From assembly GCA_964453525.1 (NCBI GenBank), contig CAYVOV010000003.1, forward strand, positions 2,099-66,098: a stretch of 64,000 bases of DNA, in the 5' to 3' direction. Every line of letters starts with the position of its first letter. Position 1 is the stretch's first letter. Made by a program: the position numbers and the translations under genes. The notes below the pieces were generated by a model that made no database searches, was not told the origin of the DNA, and worked only from the letters and a program-made list of their open reading frames with translations. The stretch is from an uncultured Dehalococcoidales bacterium. GTDB lineage: Bacteria; Chloroflexota; Dehalococcoidia; Dehalococcoidales; UBA2162. This document shows positions 27,612 through 36,900 of the stretch, piece after piece.

Positions 27612-29585
27612 ATGGGAGCCGATGAAAAGAGAACTCTGCGCCAGCAGAAATTTCTTCAGGAGACCGGAGACCTTACCGAAAGCTTGAAGCAGTCAAATAG
27701 GTTGCTAGCTAAAACCAGTGAAAGGCTTAAAAAAGAGGTCGCCAGGCGTAAACAGGCGGAGGAACTGTATAGAATCCTGGCTGAAAGCTCGCCGGTTGGT
27801 ATCTACATTGTTCAGGACAACAAGTTTCAGTTTGTTAATCGCCAGTTCCAGGAATACAACGGTTACACTGAGAAAGAACTACTTAAGATGGACCCTTTAG
27901 ACCTTGTCTATCCTGAAGACCGAGATGGTGTCAGACAAAACGCAATTCAGATGCTGAAAGGAGATACGACCACTCCCTACGAGCTCCGGGTAATTAATAA
28001 GGATGGTACGATAAAGTGGGCTATGGAGACGGTCAGCTCGGTTGTCTATGAGGGGAAACGAGCTACTCTCGGTAACTTCATGGATATCACCAATCGAAAG
28101 CGTGTTGCGGCAGAGCTGGAGTTAAGGGCCCTGCTTCTGGACAGCGCCAGTGACTCAATCGTTTTGCACACTCCTGCTCCTGATGCGGTCATAGTCTATG
28201 CAAATGAGCAGTATTGTAAATCACACGGCTACAGCCGCGAAGAAATAATAGGAATGAATATTCGCCAGGTGGACCGTCCACTATCTGATGAACGCATTGA
28301 GTTTATAATAACAGAGATGGAGCAAAAAGGTGCGGCTGCATTTGAAGCCACTCATACCCGTAAAGACGGGTCGATAATCGAAGTGGAAGTACATGCCCGG
28401 CCTATTATTTCAGGTGGAACCAATTATGTTCTGAGTGTAGAGAGGGACATTACAGAACGCAAGAAGGCACAAGCAGCCCTCGCCGAAGAAGCAACCCGCC
28501 GTCGTATCCTTATCGATGGGTCCAGAGATGGGATTGTTGTCCTTGACCAGGACGGAAATGTATATGAGTCTAACAAGCGATTTGCCGAGATGCTCGGATA
28601 TACCCCGGAGGAAGTCAGTCAGCTCCAGGTGTTCGATTGGGAGTTTCTCTTTCCAAAAGAGCAAGTGATTGAAATGATCCGGACTGTTGATGAGGCTGGC
28701 GACCACTTTGAAACGCAACACCGCCGCAAGGATGGTACTATTTATGATGTTGAAATCAGCACCAACGCTGCTTATTTCGGGAAGCAGAAGCTGATTTTTT
28801 GCGTGTGCCGCGATATTACCGAACGCAAGCAGGCTGAGCAAAAGATAGCCGAACTTTATGAAAATGAGAAAGAATTACGCCAGAATCTGGAAGAAGAGAT
28901 AGCATGGCGTGTGGAATTCTCCAGAGCGCTGGTCCATGAACTGAAAACACCTCTCACCCCGATTTTAGCCGCCGGTGAGTTACTTTTTGACGAAATTCAC
29001 GAGGAATCTTTGCTCAAGCTGATTGAAAATATTCGCAGAAGTGCCAATAGGATGAGTACCAGAATTGATACACTGCTTGACCTGGCAAAGGGCGAGATGG
29101 ATATGCTCGAACTCGATTGCAGTACTGTGGACCTGTTAAATCTGATTAACCAGGTATACGATGAGATGTCCCCGCTTGCTTCCCGACAACAACTGTCTCT
29201 TTCTCTTGATATACCCCATTCATTACCTTCCATCTGGGCTGATGAGAGCCGCCTGGAGCAGGTTTTTACCAATCTTCTGACCAATGCCTTTAAATGGAGT
29301 CCGGAAGGAAGCAAGGTAACCTTAAAAGCTCAAAAACAGGATTCTGCTGTTAGAGTAGAGGTCAGTGACTCCGGTCCTGGGGTAGCCAGGGAAAACCGGA
29401 AGAAGATTTTCGAAGCATACTACCGCGTGAAGAGCGACACACCGCGCCGTGGCGGACTCGGACTTGGACTGGCCCTGTGCAAGACAATTGTAGAAACGCA
29501 CGGTGGGAAGATAGGGGTGAGTAGTGAAAAAGGCAAAGGCAGCACCTTCTATTTCACTTTACCTCTCGGTACCGCCGATGCCTAG
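27612..29585 (+). CDS. multi-PAS sensor histidine kinase
   Basis: 657 aa. Repeated PAS/PAC units (..RDITERK.. three times). HisKA HELKTPLT. HATPase GGLGLGLALCK. Confidence 0.85.
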   Translation: MGADEKRTLRQQKFLQETGDLTESLKQSNRLLAKTSERLKKEVARRKQAEELYRILAESSPVGIYIVQDNKFQFVNRQFQEYNGYTEKELLKMDPLDLVYPEDRDGVRQNAIQMLKGDTTTPYELRVINKDGTIKWAMETVSSVVYEGKRATLGNFMDITNRKRVAAELELRALLLDSASDSIVLHTPAPDAVIVYANEQYCKSHGYSREEIIGMNIRQVDRPLSDERIEFIITEMEQKGAAAFEATHTRKDGSIIEVEVHARPIISGGTNYVLSVERDITERKKAQAALAEEATRRRILIDGSRDGIVVLDQDGNVYESNKRFAEMLGYTPEEVSQLQVFDWEFLFPKEQVIEMIRTVDEAGDHFETQHRRKDGTIYDVEISTNAAYFGKQKLIFCVCRDITERKQAEQKIAELYENEKELRQNLEEEIAWRVEFSRALVHELKTPLTPILAAGELLFDEIHEESLLKLIENIRRSANRMSTRIDTLLDLAKGEMDMLELDCSTVDLLNLINQVYDEMSPLASRQQLSLSLDIPHSLPSIWADESRLEQVFTNLLTNAFKWSPEGSKVTLKAQKQDSAVRVEVSDSGPGVARENRKKIFEAYYRVKSDTPRRGGLGLGLALCKTIVETHGGKIGVSSEKGKGSTFYFTLPLGTADA

Positions 29586-29680
29586 AAATCTCTGGACTTT
29601 ATCTTCCGGCTCCCAACAAGACTCCATAAGTCACCGGCACGATTATCTACTGTGCTTGTACGTCTGCTCTTACTACAGCG

Positions 29681-30889
29681 TTATTTGATGCTGGCCTTCA
29701 AGTCCTGACGGCCTGTCATTGCCGCGGCGGTATCAAGGAAATCCTTTACTGAGTCACTCCGGTCTCTCAATTCCCGCAACTCGAGCCCGATTGGACTTAT
29801 AAAAGCCGGCCTATCCGCATATGTGCCGTGAAAGGCAAAGTAAGCTTGGTTAAGCTTCCTGATATAGTAGCCTTCTGAAGCAAGGTACTGCCGTTTCTGG
29901 TCCATGTATTCCTCGGCAAGCTCGATTTCTCCCCGGGCAAGGTATTCATCAACCGTTTTCCTTATTCCCCTCATCTCCAGGTTAAAATCAAATCCCTGTT
30001 CTGTAGTCTGATTGGCACCTGGTTCACCATATTCAGAATAGTATTTCTCATATACAATCGAGCCAATCTCATCACTAACCATACCGACCAGAGTCTCATT
30101 CATAGTAGCGATTTCATAATTCCGGGAGATACCGGAAGTATCAAGCACATAGCGAAAACCGAGCGGTTTAAAAGCAAGGTATAGATGCAGCCACTCCTCG
30201 ATAATGGTATTTATGGCATGCCGCAGGTTTGACTGGCTATCGACAAGGGAAGGATAGGTAGCGATGCCGCCAATCTCCGTTACCAGTGAGGAGACTCCTA
30301 GCTCATCAGCCTTTTCTTCAATTGCCTCTTTTTCATCGGTGACAAGACCGGACTTCAGGGTGAATTCTCTTATCGACTCTATTCTGTCTCTCGGCGAAAT
30401 AACAAGCAAGGAGGGTAGCTGCTCAAGCCTGAAATTCACCGGCGGAAAAGTGGACTCCGAATCCGTAAACGGATTAAAGATACCCTGCTCAGCCAGAGTG
30501 TCTCTTACCTGCCCTTCCATTATTTCCTCTACCACTTCAATCAAAGCCGTTTTCCGTTCCTGGAGCCTGTCCAGTTCGTCTTCCATTATCGCCGGGTCTA
30601 TCTTTTCATTTCCGGTTACAGCCATTCCTATCTCCGATTTCAGAGCTTTTATCCTTTTAACACAGTCGAAATACTCGATAACGAGTTGAATTTCATCATC
30701 GGTTTCCTCCTGCTTGCCGGAAAACCACCTGCCGATTTCCTGTGTCAGGGCTTCTGACTCCCATCCGGCAATACTGAAGCGGTACGGATTAACTATTGAA
30801 TTCAGGCGGGCATCAAAACTCCGGCTGGAAGCACAGCCGGTACTGAGAAGGGGAATTATTAATAAACCTGCAAGGATAATCGGTTTCAT
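29681..30889 (-). CDS. putative lipoprotein, function unknown
   Basis: The preferred start MKPIILAGLLIIPLLSTGCASS (lipobox) at 30889 avoids overlap with the MFS gene. The track ORF extends to 31003. Confidence 0.45.
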   Translation of the reverse strand: MKPIILAGLLIIPLLSTGCASSRSFDARLNSIVNPYRFSIAGWESEALTQEIGRWFSGKQEETDDEIQLVIEYFDCVKRIKALKSEIGMAVTGNEKIDPAIMEDELDRLQERKTALIEVVEEIMEGQVRDTLAEQGIFNPFTDSESTFPPVNFRLEQLPSLLVISPRDRIESIREFTLKSGLVTDEKEAIEEKADELGVSSLVTEIGGIATYPSLVDSQSNLRHAINTIIEEWLHLYLAFKPLGFRYVLDTSGISRNYEIATMNETLVGMVSDEIGSIVYEKYYSEYGEPGANQTTEQGFDFNLEMRGIRKTVDEYLARGEIELAEEYMDQKRQYLASEGYYIRKLNQAYFAFHGTYADRPAFISPIGLELRELRDRSDSVKDFLDTAAAMTGRQDLKASIK

Positions 30890-30923
30890 TTCTCTATAAT
30901 AGCAGTATATCAACCTCTGGCTG

Positions 30924-32219
30924 TCAAAGAGAAGCGCTCCCATCAATATTTGCCCCGGTTTTGGGAGGTTTATCAAGGAGAGCGCATATAAAACCGGCTC
31001 CAAGCAGGATAAGGGCGATTATAAAAACAGGGATATAGCTGCCATAATTATCAAAGATAAAAGCGGCAAGCAGAGGGCTGCCGGCACTGAAAATTGTTGT
31101 TACCGGAGTGGTAAAGCCCAGAATCCGGGCATAATGAGTTCGACCAAAGTAAGCCCCAAACAGGATTGGTAGCGCCACTATTATTCCCCCGCAGCTAATT
31201 CCGGTGATGACGGTATGCAGGTAAATGAGGGGGAGAATCCTGGCATTCATCAGGATGGCGATACCGACTGCAATCCCGATAAGACAGACGGCGGCAATAT
31301 GCCTGATTTCATACCTCGTGCCGAGAGCACCACTGGCAAGCTGCCCGATGATTGACATCCCGGCAAGTAAGCCGGCAACCGTAGCCGCCGTTATTGGAGC
31401 ATACCCCAGGTCCTGTAGATATGCCACCTGGTGGATAGTCAGGAAATTCAGGGTAAACATTGTTGTTGAGGCGAAGGCTAATGTCAGCCAGAAAGCCCGG
31501 GTCCGCAGGGCATCACCGGTCTTCCAGTCCACTGGTGTCTGATAAACCCGGCTGTGAGCCGGATTCTCTGATTCAGATTCTATGGTCGGGTCTTCCGCCC
31601 TTCCATCAGGCGTCTGTCCCATATCTTCAGGATTGTTCCTGACAAGTAATCCACCGGCAACAACAGCCAGCAACAGGTGGATCCCTGAGACGTACATCCA
31701 GGCAGGACGCCAGCCCTGGATGGAAATAATCCAGCCCAGTAACGGGGAAAAGATAAGACCGCCTACACCCCCTGAAGCAGAAATCAGGCTAATAGCCAGC
31801 GCCCTTCTCCTGACGAACCAGTTTGTTATAATCGAGTTAGCAGCGATGAATGAACCAAAGGACTGACCGGCGCCCATCAAGACGCTGTAAAAGAGATAGA
31901 CCTGCCAGATTTCACTGACCCGGGACATCCCCAGGGCACCGAGGACAATAACGATATTACCGAAAATCATGTTTCTCCTCGGGCCGAATTTAACGACACT
32001 AATCCCGACAAGCGGACCCAGCAGACCCATAACTATCCAGAAAGCAGTATAAGGTGCCGAAAGGAATGACCGGCTCCAGCCAAGGTCATCAGACATGTTA
32101 GGCAGGAATACGCCGTAGGCAATTACAACGTTACCCAGTGTGCTGCATATAGCCAGCATTGCTCCGGCAAGTGCCAGCCACCCGTAGAATCTCTGCTGCT
32201 TCAATGGTGTGGGAACCAT
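30924..32219 (-). CDS. MFS transporter
   Basis: 431 aa with about 12 hydrophobic segments and an MFS-like two-halves architecture. Confidence 0.75.
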   Translation of the reverse strand: MVPTPLKQQRFYGWLALAGAMLAICSTLGNVVIAYGVFLPNMSDDLGWSRSFLSAPYTAFWIVMGLLGPLVGISVVKFGPRRNMIFGNIVIVLGALGMSRVSEIWQVYLFYSVLMGAGQSFGSFIAANSIITNWFVRRRALAISLISASGGVGGLIFSPLLGWIISIQGWRPAWMYVSGIHLLLAVVAGGLLVRNNPEDMGQTPDGRAEDPTIESESENPAHSRVYQTPVDWKTGDALRTRAFWLTLAFASTTMFTLNFLTIHQVAYLQDLGYAPITAATVAGLLAGMSIIGQLASGALGTRYEIRHIAAVCLIGIAVGIAILMNARILPLIYLHTVITGISCGGIIVALPILFGAYFGRTHYARILGFTTPVTTIFSAGSPLLAAFIFDNYGSYIPVFIIALILLGAGFICALLDKPPKTGANIDGSASL

Positions 32220-32511
32220 GCCAACTCTTTCTAGGAAGAGGGGAAACTTCTAAGGAGAGCCTGCAAGAGAGGACTCTGGTTATTCTAGCACAAAGGCGTA
32301 GCAGTTAAAAAGACGCAGGTATATCAGACTCTATTATATCCTGCTTGTTGATGTCATTGAAAGCCAGGGATACAGACCGGATAAAATCGTATGGTACTAT
32401 TCGGTTTTGGTTGGTATAAATTTGTCACCCCCTTTATCCTCCTCAAACAGTACCCGTTTATTGTCGATATTATATTATTGTTTGAGGGGCAAGGGGTGAG
32501 GTAAAGAAAAA

Positions 32512-32735
32512 CAACCAGATACAAACAGAACCCAACCGTGGTTCTTCTCAATCTTAGTTGGAGACCCTTCGACAAGCTCAGGGTGAGTGGGAATGTGTGC
32601 CGCTCAGGGTGCGTGGGAATGTGTGCCGCTCATGGTGAGCCGTTAGCCTGTCCTGAGCGAAGCCGAAGGAAACCACAGCGGCGAAAGAAATATTGATCTT
32701 TATTGTTGCCTGTGCAACCATGATTAAGTAAAAGG
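32512..32735. repeat. left copy of ~200-bp inverted repeat (REP/MITE-like intergenic element)
   Basis: The reverse complement of 55545-55743 matches with only a few mismatches over the core, apart from a 26-bp internal duplication. Confidence 0.8.
32579..32630. repeat. 26-bp tandem duplication inside the repeat element
   Basis: cagggtgagtgggaatgtgtgccgct (32579-32604) and cagggtgcgtgggaatgtgtgccgct (32605-32630). The copy at 55.6 kb has a single unit. Confidence 0.85.
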
Positions 32736-32809
32736 AAATCGTAGGTAGTGTATCATTTTGAAATGCTTGAGCGTTGACAATGCTTGAGCGACAATGATAC
32801 GCTTAAAGT

Positions 32810-33028
32810 ATGGCAAAGCGTAAGAAGAAAGAACACGATTTCGCAATAACGGCTTTCCGTGTCGTTCAAGAGGCTACTGGACAAAATGAACCTGACTATT
32901 CTGCGTTAGGTCGCAAAGGTGGTTTAAAAGGCGGTAAGGCTAGAGCAGAAAAATTAACCCCTGAAAGACGAAGTGAGATAGCTAGAAAAGCTGCTCAAGC
33001 TAGGTGGAAGAAGGGGGAAGCTTCTTAG
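32810..33028 (+). CDS. small basic protein with GRKGG...ARW motif
   Basis: 72 aa. LGRKGGLKGGKARAEKLTPERRSEIARKAAQARWKK. Confidence 0.45.
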   Translation: MAKRKKKEHDFAITAFRVVQEATGQNEPDYSALGRKGGLKGGKARAEKLTPERRSEIARKAAQARWKKGEAS

Positions 33029-33836
33029 TATCTTTAGCCCTTTTAAGTTGTTTAATTGGTGGTTCGGGCGGCAAATCTTCGGGCATTGTGCCGCTTAGTT
33101 TTTCTATTGTTTGCCTTACTTCTTTCCCCACGAAATTATGTACTTGTTCTGCTTGTTTCTGACCATTAGCTCGCTCGCTTTTTAATCTTAACTCAGTTTG
33201 TGTAATTCTAAATTCGTTTGCTGCCAGTTCTGCCCGCCCTATACGGTCTAATAAGTCTTCTTTAGGCTCTATTCCTTTTACCTCTTTTATCTCTGATAAC
33301 CTTAGACCACCATACAAGCCCTGATAACCAGCATCATGGAAAAAGGCGTAATTTTCTATTCCGACACTTTTAGCTGCACTGTTTAGGTCTTTATTCGCAT
33401 CTCTCACCCTATCCCTAAGCATAAGGCGGTCTTCGGTTTCATTAAGTTGTTCTGTCAATTCTTGTTTACGAGTTTGAATGGCAAAATAGGCTTGTGCTAC
33501 TGCTATTTCAGGCTTTGATGGGTCGCCATTCATGGCAATCAAATAACAAGCGTACCGTGTTAGAACTACATCATCTATTTTTCTTTTTGCCGTACTTCCT
33601 AGAGCCACCATTTTGGCGATGTCGCCAAAATGGTGGCGGGATATGCCACCCGAGCTTTCACATGCCATCTTAGCTCGTTCAATCGCATCTTTAAATTTGC
33701 GCCACTCAACATACCCTAGTAATTTTTGCAAATCTCTTGCATGCCAATAATCAAAACCCTTGGAATCTCTGTGCTTAATTTCGTCTAGAAATCTTACGGT
33801 ATTTTCCCTGACGTATATGAGTTCATTATCTTCCAT
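33000..33836 (-). CDS. dinD: DNA-damage-inducible protein D homolog
   Basis: WHARDLQKLLGYVEWRKF...AKMACESSG...LTRYACYLIAMNGDPSKPEIAVAQAYFAIQTRKQE parallels E. coli DinD as I recall it. Confidence 0.75.
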   Translation of the reverse strand: MEDNELIYVRENTVRFLDEIKHRDSKGFDYWHARDLQKLLGYVEWRKFKDAIERAKMACESSGGISRHHFGDIAKMVALGSTAKRKIDDVVLTRYACYLIAMNGDPSKPEIAVAQAYFAIQTRKQELTEQLNETEDRLMLRDRVRDANKDLNSAAKSVGIENYAFFHDAGYQGLYGGLRLSEIKEVKGIEPKEDLLDRIGRAELAANEFRITQTELRLKSERANGQKQAEQVHNFVGKEVRQTIEKLSGTMPEDLPPEPPIKQLKRAKDTKKLPPSST

Positions 33837-33957
33837 ATACTCCTGCCTCTTTAGTTTTATTTATTAATTATAGCACAAATTGGCAAATATACAAAGTGCC
33901 ATACTTGAAAAATATGCAATGCCATATTATACTTGGTTTATAGCTAGGAGGTGCTAT

Positions 33958-34398
33958 ATGACTTACAGAAGAAGTATTGAAAGGCGCATAGAAAAAGAAC
34001 AGAACAAAATAAAAGAATTACAAGACGAGATTAATCGTTCTGAACTATTTATCCAAGGTTTGCAAGAGGCACTTAGAATATTACCTAAGGATAACAGCCG
34101 AACTCCTAGAAAGGGGAGGGGAGAGATACGTGAAGGCAGTGACATGGCAAAAGTACGAGACCTCATAAAGCAGACAGGGAGACCCATGAGAATTGAAGAA
34201 ATTGCGATTGGTCTTGGAAGACCCAATACAAAAGCTAATAAAATGTCTCTTGCTGGCTCTCTCGGCAGGTTAGTAAGAAAAGGAATAGTATTTAATCGCC
34301 CTCAAGCTAATACCTTCTCTCTTATTGGAGTGAAAGTAGATGAACTTCCTCCAGATTTCGGTGCTGAAGAAATACCAAATGATGATATTCAATTTTAA
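33958..34398 (+). CDS. hypothetical coiled-coil protein with C-terminal wHTH-like region
   Basis: ATG 33958 is preceded by aggagg. The track start at 33880 (TTG) is less likely. Confidence 0.35.
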   Translation: MTYRRSIERRIEKEQNKIKELQDEINRSELFIQGLQEALRILPKDNSRTPRKGRGEIREGSDMAKVRDLIKQTGRPMRIEEIAIGLGRPNTKANKMSLAGSLGRLVRKGIVFNRPQANTFSLIGVKVDELPPDFGAEEIPNDDIQF

Positions 34399-34430
34399 TT
34401 GAAACTGAACAAAAAATATGTGTATAATGC

Positions 34431-34459
34431 TTGACAAATGCTTGAGCGTATGCTATAAT
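34431..34459 (+). promoter_or_regulatory. consensus sigma70 promoter upstream of IS1-family transposase
   Basis: TTGACA (34431-34436), 17-bp spacer, TATAAT (34454-34459). Confidence 0.6.
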
Positions 34460-34487
34460 TTAATCAGTTAGAATAAAGGAATGAGAA

Positions 34488-35339
34488 ATGAATAAGCTGA
34501 ATTTAGAACGCCAAGCACAAATCATAAAAGTCCTCTGCGAAGGTAACTCAATACGCAGCACTGCTCGTATAACCAATTCTGCTGTCAACACAGTGGTCAA
34601 GCTACTTAGAGAAGTAGGTGCTGCCTGCCTGAATTATCAGGATGAAGTTATGCACAATCTACCGTGCAAGAAACTCCAATGTGACGAAATCTGGAGCTTT
34701 GTTTATGCCAAAGCCAAGAATGTGCCAGAAGAATACAATGGCAAGTTTGGCTACGGTGATGTTTGGACTTTCACAGCTATTGATGCTGATTCAAAACTAA
34801 TCCCTGGCTGGTTTGTGGGGCTTCGGAATGTGGATTGTGCTTATGCTTTCATTAATGACTTGAAAAGCAGGTTAGCTTATAGAGTCCAGCTAACTACCGA
34901 TGGACACGGAATGTATCTTGAAGCTATTGAACGCTCTTTCGGGGCTGACATAGATTACGCTATGTTAGTCAAAATTTATGGGCAAGACCCCGAACCTGAA
35001 AGGCGTTATAGTCCAGCTAAGTGCATTGGGGCTGATAAGAGGATTGTGCAGGGTAAACCAGATACTAAGGCAATTTCAACAAGCTATGTAGAACGGCAAA
35101 ACCTTACAATGAGAATGAGTATGCGTAGATTTACTAGATTAACTAATGCGTTCTCAAAGAAATTGGAAAATCATATCCTTGCTCTGGCTCTCTACTTCAT
35201 GTATTACAATTTCGCAAGACCACATAAGAGTCTCGCTAATCCATATCCAAGAACACCAGCTATGGCATCAGGATTAACGAATCATATTTGGACTATTGAA
35301 GAAATAGTGGGGATATTGGATAAGAGAGTTACTATTTAA
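34488..35339 (+). CDS. IS1-family transposase (single-ORF type)
   Basis: QCDEIWSFV, TTDGHGMY, STSYVERQNLTMRMSMRRFTRLTNAFSKK parallel IS1 InsB motifs. N-terminal HTH. No terminal inverted repeats found. Confidence 0.7.
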   Translation: MNKLNLERQAQIIKVLCEGNSIRSTARITNSAVNTVVKLLREVGAACLNYQDEVMHNLPCKKLQCDEIWSFVYAKAKNVPEEYNGKFGYGDVWTFTAIDADSKLIPGWFVGLRNVDCAYAFINDLKSRLAYRVQLTTDGHGMYLEAIERSFGADIDYAMLVKIYGQDPEPERRYSPAKCIGADKRIVQGKPDTKAISTSYVERQNLTMRMSMRRFTRLTNAFSKKLENHILALALYFMYYNFARPHKSLANPYPRTPAMASGLTNHIWTIEEIVGILDKRVTI

Positions 35340-35550
35340 TGGGTGTGTGTCTTACTGTACCATCTGCAAATGCGTGAATAATATCCAGTTTCTCCGTGCG
35401 ACCGAAAGAACGTTCACGTGTTATCATCGCTGGGTGACATACTTCAAGGTCTCTAGTATTAATCTTAAATAAATAGGTAATATTTTGCTTTGAAGTTTTT
35501 GCTTCTATATCGACATTTATTGGGAACTTAGATATAAATTTATCCAGCAA
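35332..35550 (-). CDS. hypothetical small protein
   Basis: 72-aa ORF, last gene of an AT-rich three-gene operon. Its 3' end overlaps the IS1 transposase end by 8 nt. Confidence 0.3.
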   Translation of the reverse strand: MLDKFISKFPINVDIEAKTSKQNITYLFKINTRDLEVCHPAMITRERSFGRTEKLDIIHAFADGTVRHTPIK

Positions 35551-35788
35551 ATCCGTAGACCTCTATCTCATTATCATCTATTTTGCGATATAAATATGGC
35601 TTATTATCTATCACAGAAAGGTAAAACTTATCTAGCTCCATCAACTTAGGATTCAAGACCACTGAATCATGTTCCGTAATGATTTCTTTTTCAGGTATAT
35701 CTCTTACCCTGTATAGATTTTCCGTAAAACGCCACTCCCCTTTGTTATATAATTGTTTTGGTTCAAGTAATGTTGATGTTCCACTCAT
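35540..35788 (-). CDS. hypothetical small protein
   Basis: 82-aa ORF. Overlaps both neighbouring genes (4 and 11 nt). Confidence 0.35.
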   Translation of the reverse strand: MSGTSTLLEPKQLYNKGEWRFTENLYRVRDIPEKEIITEHDSVVLNPKLMELDKFYLSVIDNKPYLYRKIDDNEIEVYGFAG

Positions 35789-36480
35789 AACACTGCCTCC
35801 ATCATCTTTCCAAATTCTTCTGCCTGATTCTTACATAAATTGAAAGAATACAATATGAATTCTTTCATATTGTCCACTGAATAATTAATTATTCGTGACT
35901 CACTAGCCTCTGTGTTAAGAAAAAGAAATAATGTAGGATGTCCCTTTTTAATTGTAAATACTTTAAACATGTTTTGCAATTGAGATATATCCATAGTACC
36001 ACTTTGATGATGTAGCTTTATATGTTCATAACTCATGTCCATTACCACACTGGAATCATAACATTTCTTAAATATTTCATTATCTTTAATGAATATATGC
36101 CTGTACTTCAATTCAAGTGTTTTGAAGTCATATTTTTCATTAACAGGAAAAATCCAATCCACTCTTAATTTCCTAGTAGAAAACTTGCCAAATGGCGCCA
36201 CTTTATTAATAGATTCAAGAGTGGATATGAATTTATTAATACAATCGTTTTCATTTTCAACATTTTCTGTAATTATTCCGCATGTCTCATAATCCCAGCG
36301 TATGCCAAACTTATTTTTTTCATCACGAACGATGATAGGTTGGTATTCCTCGTCTGATAGTTCTTCACCTAAGGTTTTACTAACATTATAAGAGTGTGTA
36401 TGAAGCTTCGCTTCTTCAGCGATATCCAATACTAATTCTAATCTACTTATTTCCATTTTAATTCGTTGTAATCGTATCAT
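35785..36480 (-). CDS. hypothetical protein
   Basis: 231-aa ORF, very AT-rich, no family recognised. Confidence 0.4.
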   Translation of the reverse strand: MIRLQRIKMEISRLELVLDIAEEAKLHTHSYNVSKTLGEELSDEEYQPIIVRDEKNKFGIRWDYETCGIITENVENENDCINKFISTLESINKVAPFGKFSTRKLRVDWIFPVNEKYDFKTLELKYRHIFIKDNEIFKKCYDSSVVMDMSYEHIKLHHQSGTMDISQLQNMFKVFTIKKGHPTLFLFLNTEASESRIINYSVDNMKEFILYSFNLCKNQAEEFGKMMEAVL

Positions 36481-36606
36481 TGCACTAATACTATGTCAAT
36501 ACAATAATACTAAAGGTTGATTACAATAATACTATCGATAATTCCAAAATGATACACTGCCAAATCGTAGGTAAAGTACAATCGTTTAGGCACTCTCCTA
36601 GTCAGG

Positions 36607-36900
36607 TTAAGGCAATTTATAATGCCCATCTTCAATTTTAACAAGGGAACCATCCTTTGACATACGACCCGCTATTCCCCTTACTGTATGGTGGAATCTG
36701 TGTCTCCCGTAACTTTTGGATAGTTCATGCTGTGTGAGTTGGATATGAGTTTGAATCCATTCGTAAATGTCGGCATTATAGGCATCACCCCCAAGAGCCA
36801 ATATTGCCGCAGGTATTCTTTTTCGCCAGAAACCATTGCATCGCCGCATCAATTCGCCCCCCTGCAATAATATTAATTTACCCTTCCACCTCAACCTCAA
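36607..36900 (-). CDS. small winged-helix-like protein (IS passenger)
   Basis: 97-aa ORF. ADIYEWIQTHIQLTQHELSKSYGRHRFHHTVRGIAGRMSKDGSLVKIEDGHYKL resembles an Mrr_N-type wHTH. Confidence 0.35.
   Translation of the reverse strand: MRLRWKGKLILLQGGELMRRCNGFWRKRIPAAILALGGDAYNADIYEWIQTHIQLTQHELSKSYGRHRFHHTVRGIAGRMSKDGSLVKIEDGHYKLP

Noticed and set aside
32579-32630. Possible CRISPR repeat pair.
   Set aside because: There are only two directly abutting 26-bp units with no spacer and no cas genes. It is a tandem duplication inside a dispersed repeat.
34399-35420. Complete IS1 element with terminal inverted repeats.
   Set aside because: The transposase is clear, but I found no inverted repeats or target duplication flanking it, so only the CDS is reported.
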